Shown here in pieces: positions 60,362-64,000 of a stretch of DNA of 64,000 nt. The stretch lies in contig JAZRIB010000005.1 of NCBI GenBank assembly GCA_045645065.1, positions 33,746 to 97,745 on the forward strand, written 5' to 3'. Within the stretch, counting starts at the first letter, position 1. Each line of letters opens with the position of its first letter. Both the position numbers and the translations under genes were made by a program. Under the pieces are notes generated by a model, which searched no databases, was not told the origin of the DNA, and worked only from the letters and a program-made list of their open reading frames with translations. The DNA is from Candidatus Enterousia sp. (lineage in GTDB: Bacteria; Pseudomonadota; Alphaproteobacteria; Rs-D84).

Positions 60362-62971
60362 CTATTGTGCTGATTCCAGCTGACCCAAGGTTATATCACA
60401 CACAGACAATTCATCTGCAACGGTATAAGATGCTGCGTCTGTGGTCAGATTTCCAACATTAACCAAGTCTTCTTGACCCTGTTTGATTACATCAATGATG
60501 CGGGCAGGCGCCTTAATCTGAATGTTTGTAACAGGTGTTTTCAGACTAACATTAGCGTTGGTTTTTTCTTTTCTGATTTCACTGCTTATGACACTTAATG
60601 CATCATACAGTTCGGTATCGTCTGATATAATGTTTGCAAATTCATCCATATTTGGCCATGGTTCCAAATGGATTGTTTTGCCGTTTGTCCAACTGCATGC
60701 TTGATATATTTCTTCTGTAACAAATGGACAGAATGGTGCAAACAACTTAATAAACGTATCCAGTGTAAACATCAACGCGTTGACCGCAGATTTATTTTCG
60801 GAATTATACGCGCGTCCTTTTACTATTTCCAGATAGTTATTACAGAAATCCCAAAAAGCTTTTTCGATAATATCTAACGCTTGGGCATAATCGTTTTGTG
60901 CAAAACTCTTACTCGCGCCTTTTACTGCATCAGACAATCTTTTTAACCAAGATTTATCAGTTGCTTCTGTGATATTTGTTTTATAGTCATCGTCAATATT
61001 AATCTTAGAATTTTCAACGATGTTCATAACGAACTTGCTAGCATTAAAGATTTTTGTAACTAATTTTTTGCCTTGTTCCATTATTTGTTCTTCAAATATC
61101 GCGTCCGCCCCCAGTTTTGAACGTGCCGCCCAGTAACGAACCGCATCCGAAGAATGTTTTACAATCAAATTCATTGGTGTAATAACATTCCCTTTGGATT
61201 TGCTCATTTTCTTGCGGTCTGGATCCATAATAAATCCACTGATAAAACAGCGTTTCCATGGGATAGTATTTTCATGCAATAACGCCTTGGCTATTGTGTA
61301 AAACGCCCATGTTCTGATAATGTCGTGTGATTGCGGTCTGACATCAAATGGTAACGACAAATTTGTCTTGTCAGAAGCACAATTGATTGCAATTTGTGGT
61401 GTCAGCGAAGATGTCGCCCATGTATCCATAACGTCTTTGTCGCCAACAAAACCATTTTTTTGTCCGCGTTGACTTTCTGTATAGCCTGCTGGGGCGTCTG
61501 CCATTGGGTCTACGGGTAAATCTTTTTTGTCTGCGAAAATAGGGTGGTTATAGTCGACGTTGCCATTTTCGTCTATTGGATACCAAACAGGGAACGGAAC
61601 GCCAAAGAAACGTTGGCGACTGATACACCAGTCTTGATTTAATCCGCGTGTCCAGTTTTCATATCTGCTGTGCATGTGTGATGGGAACCAATCGATTTTA
61701 TTGCCCGCTTCAATCATGCGTTCTTTTTCGTCCATCAAATTAACAAACCATTGTCTGGATGATACGAATTCCAGTGGCAAATTACCTTTTTCATAGAACT
61801 TAACAGGGTGCACGATTTCTTTCAAATCGCCTTTCAAAGAACCGTCCGCACGCAACATTTCTACTATTTTGTCTTGGGCGTCTTTGATTGTCAGGCCTGC
61901 AATTTGATTAAAATTACGCTGTGCTTTTTCTTTGTTTAATGTAACAAATGCGCCTTCGCCATATTCAATGTTTGCGATTTTGCCATCTTTGTTAATGATT
62001 TGTTTGATTGGCAACCCAGACTGCTTCCACCATTGAACGTCTGTGATGTCGCCAAATGTGCAAACCATCATTATACCCGTACCTTTGTCCATTTCTGCAT
62101 TTTCAGATGCAACAATCGGAACAGGAATATCGAACAGTGGTGTAATTGCGCGTTTGCCAAAGAATTTTTTATATCTTTCGTCTGCTGGATTTGCGACGAT
62201 TGCAATACATGCCGGCAATAACACAGGACGTGTAGTTGCAATTATAAATGTGTCATCTTCGCCTTCTATTTTGAATTCGATATCGTGGAAGTGTCCTTTG
62301 ACTTCACGGTCTTCGATTTCTGCTTGGGCGATTGCAGACTGGAATGTAATATCCCACATTGTTGGTGCTTCAACAGATTGTGCCTTGCCCGCGGCGACTA
62401 AATCCAAGAAAGATGCCTGGGATATTGCGATTGAATCTTTGCCAATAGTAGAATATTGCAAATCCCAATCATAAGAATTGCCGATTTGTTTGAATATTTC
62501 TTCAAAAATCTTTTCGTCTTCTTTTGTTAATATCTCGCATGCTTCGATAAAATTCTTTCTAGAAATTTCCGTACGTGGTGATTCATCGCCTGGGTTGTGA
62601 ACTGGCTTAAAATTTGGGTCGTATGGGATTTCTGGGTTGCATGCAATGTTATAATAGTTTTGTACGCGACGTTCCGTAGGCAACCCGTTATCGTCCCAAC
62701 CAATTGGAAAGAATATGTTTTTCCCAGACATTCTTTGGAAACGTGCGATAACGTCTGTTTGAACGTAACTGAATATATGACCGATATGCAAAGAACCAGA
62801 CACGGTTGGGGGTGGTGTATCAATCATATATGTTTCACCACGTGGTGTGTTCGGATTGTATTTATAAACCGCATTATCAGCCCAAAAATTAACGCATCTT
62901 TGTTCGATTTCTTCAAAGTTGAGTTTTTTATCTAAGCCTTTTTGTTCTTTGTATGTCATATCAAAATCCAT
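60362..62971 (-). CDS. valS: Valyl-tRNA synthetase (Rickettsia-like TPPPTVSGSLHIGH form)
   Basis: TPPPTVSGSLHIGH and KMSKSKGN motifs. 869 aa. Confidence 0.9.
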   Translation of the reverse strand: MDFDMTYKEQKGLDKKLNFEEIEQRCVNFWADNAVYKYNPNTPRGETYMIDTPPPTVSGSLHIGHIFSYVQTDVIARFQRMSGKNIFFPIGWDDNGLPTERRVQNYYNIACNPEIPYDPNFKPVHNPGDESPRTEISRKNFIEACEILTKEDEKIFEEIFKQIGNSYDWDLQYSTIGKDSIAISQASFLDLVAAGKAQSVEAPTMWDITFQSAIAQAEIEDREVKGHFHDIEFKIEGEDDTFIIATTRPVLLPACIAIVANPADERYKKFFGKRAITPLFDIPVPIVASENAEMDKGTGIMMVCTFGDITDVQWWKQSGLPIKQIINKDGKIANIEYGEGAFVTLNKEKAQRNFNQIAGLTIKDAQDKIVEMLRADGSLKGDLKEIVHPVKFYEKGNLPLEFVSSRQWFVNLMDEKERMIEAGNKIDWFPSHMHSRYENWTRGLNQDWCISRQRFFGVPFPVWYPIDENGNVDYNHPIFADKKDLPVDPMADAPAGYTESQRGQKNGFVGDKDVMDTWATSSLTPQIAINCASDKTNLSLPFDVRPQSHDIIRTWAFYTIAKALLHENTIPWKRCFISGFIMDPDRKKMSKSKGNVITPMNLIVKHSSDAVRYWAARSKLGADAIFEEQIMEQGKKLVTKIFNASKFVMNIVENSKINIDDDYKTNITEATDKSWLKRLSDAVKGASKSFAQNDYAQALDIIEKAFWDFCNNYLEIVKGRAYNSENKSAVNALMFTLDTFIKLFAPFCPFVTEEIYQACSWTNGKTIHLEPWPNMDEFANIISDDTELYDALSVISSEIRKEKTNANVSLKTPVTNIQIKAPARIIDVIKQGQEDLVNVGNLTTDAASYTVADELSVCDITLGQLESAQ

Positions 62972-63202
62972 AAAATTTATTTGTTGTTAAAAAAAGTTTC
63001 GTTTATTTTACAAAAAAAAAGCCTTAAAGCAAGAAATAATTTGTCAAAATCCCACAAACACGCCACTTGGTTTCGTGAGATAAATATTCTTGTGCAACGC
63101 CACACAGAACAGGTCGTATCAGGCCTGAAACAGCGAGAAAAAAGACTTGTGTTACATAAAAATACTGCTACTATAAGCGCAACTGCTCCAAAGGTTTTTT
63201 CA

Positions 63203-64000
63203 ATGTCTTTATCGCATTACGTTGCCGGAATTGATTTCGGGACGACTAATTCTGCGGTGTCTGTCTCAGATGGTGGTACGCCCCGTATGGTTCAGATTGC
63301 CCCAGCCCAAGATACAATTCCATCAGCATTATTTTTTGATGATAACGATAAACAGGTTTATATGGGCAACGCTGCCCATGACAAATATCGCGAACCTTTT
63401 TCAGAGGGACGCTTTATGCGCAGTTTGAAACGTATATTGGGGACGTCTGCGATGACAACTGGCACACAAATACGTGGTCGATACGTAAAATTCGAAGACA
63501 TTATCGGATATTTTATTCGACATTTAAAAGAAAAGCTTGATGAATCAGTGGGGCAATCCGTGGTTGATGTGGTTTTAGGGCGTCCTGTACATTTTCGTGA
63601 CAATGATTCTGATGGTGATATGGCCGCCCAGAATCAGTTGGAACAAATTGCACGTAATGTTGGTTTTCAAAACATTGGTTTCCAGTTCGAACCAATCGCT
63701 GCGGCATTTTCGCACGAACGTCAATTGACGTCTGAACACCTTGCGATTGTTATTGATGTTGGTGGCGGAACATCTGATTTTACAGTAATTCGATTGGGGC
63801 CAAATTTAATGCATAAAATGGATCGGTCTGATGATATTCTGGCGAACACCGGCATCAGGATTGGCGGAAATGATTTTGATCGTGCTTTTGCGCTTGATAA
63901 ATTTATGCCGTTGTACGGTCTGGGAACGTTATATCGCAGTGGCGACAAAGTGCTGCCTGTGCCAAATGCCCCGTATATAGATTTATCGACATGGTCTTTT
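63203..64000 (+). CDS. Hsp70-family protein (YegD/HscC-like), 5' partial, runs off the window end
   Basis: GIDFGTTNS phosphate-1 motif and DVGGGTSDF phosphate-2 motif. The ORF is open to the window end in frame 2 and is missed by the ORF track because it has no stop. Confidence 0.75.
   Translation, partial: MSLSHYVAGIDFGTTNSAVSVSDGGTPRMVQIAPAQDTIPSALFFDDNDKQVYMGNAAHDKYREPFSEGRFMRSLKRILGTSAMTTGTQIRGRYVKFEDIIGYFIRHLKEKLDESVGQSVVDVVLGRPVHFRDNDSDGDMAAQNQLEQIARNVGFQNIGFQFEPIAAAFSHERQLTSEHLAIVIDVGGGTSDFTVIRLGPNLMHKMDRSDDILANTGIRIGGNDFDRAFALDKFMPLYGLGTLYRSGDKVLPVPNAPYIDLSTWSF

Overview
This 64 kb window looks like chromosome from a moderately AT-rich alphaproteobacterium. I can only weakly infer the lineage as an intracellular Rickettsiales/Holosporales-like organism. 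The basis is a ValRS with the Rickettsia-like motif TPPPTVSGSLHIGH, a DUF1013 gene directly upstream of rpoD, an S16 with a KA-rich C-terminal tail, and many secreted Cys-rich and coiled-coil proteins.

The housekeeping backbone I can read from the sequence is: a class-A PBP, ackA, ligA, groES-groEL, a HIT protein, yggU, smpB, leuS, a PAP2 phosphatase, rlpA, murJ, bamD, the rpsP-rimM-trmD-rplS cluster, pfkA, cysS, rpoD, tatD, holB, dacA, mtaB, rpoZ, valS and a partial Hsp70-family gene at the 3' end. There are nine tRNA genes: Lys-TTT, Val-CAC, Leu-TAA, Ala-CGC, Leu-CAG, Gly-CCC, Ser-GCT, Ser-GGA, plus a degenerate Ser-like fragment. Accessory or unusual material sits between these.

- **tRNA-linked repeat:** a ~125-150 nt element is present in three copies, each bracketed by duplicated tRNA 3'-end plus terminator sequences.
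- **Island at tRNA-Ser(GGA):** a ~4.6 kb segment bounded by ~46 bp direct repeats carries a class II Fic protein, a Hypoth_ymh-like defence-associated protein, an unknown 324 aa protein and an MFS-like permease.
- **Gene beside tRNA-Lys:** an HNH-like zinc-finger protein preceded by phased A-tract repeats.
- **Cys-rich secreted proteins:** two large paralogous proteins (851 and 1078 aa) with Ser/Thr/Arg-rich N-terminal regions, and a 440 aa protein with ephrin-receptor/furin-like Cys repeats.
- **Phage-like pair:** a protein with a phage tail-fibre N-terminal motif next to an 839 aa coiled-coil protein.
- **Tandem paralogs** of unknown function flanking tRNA-Ser(GCT).

No CRISPR array, rRNA, transposase or integrase was recognised.
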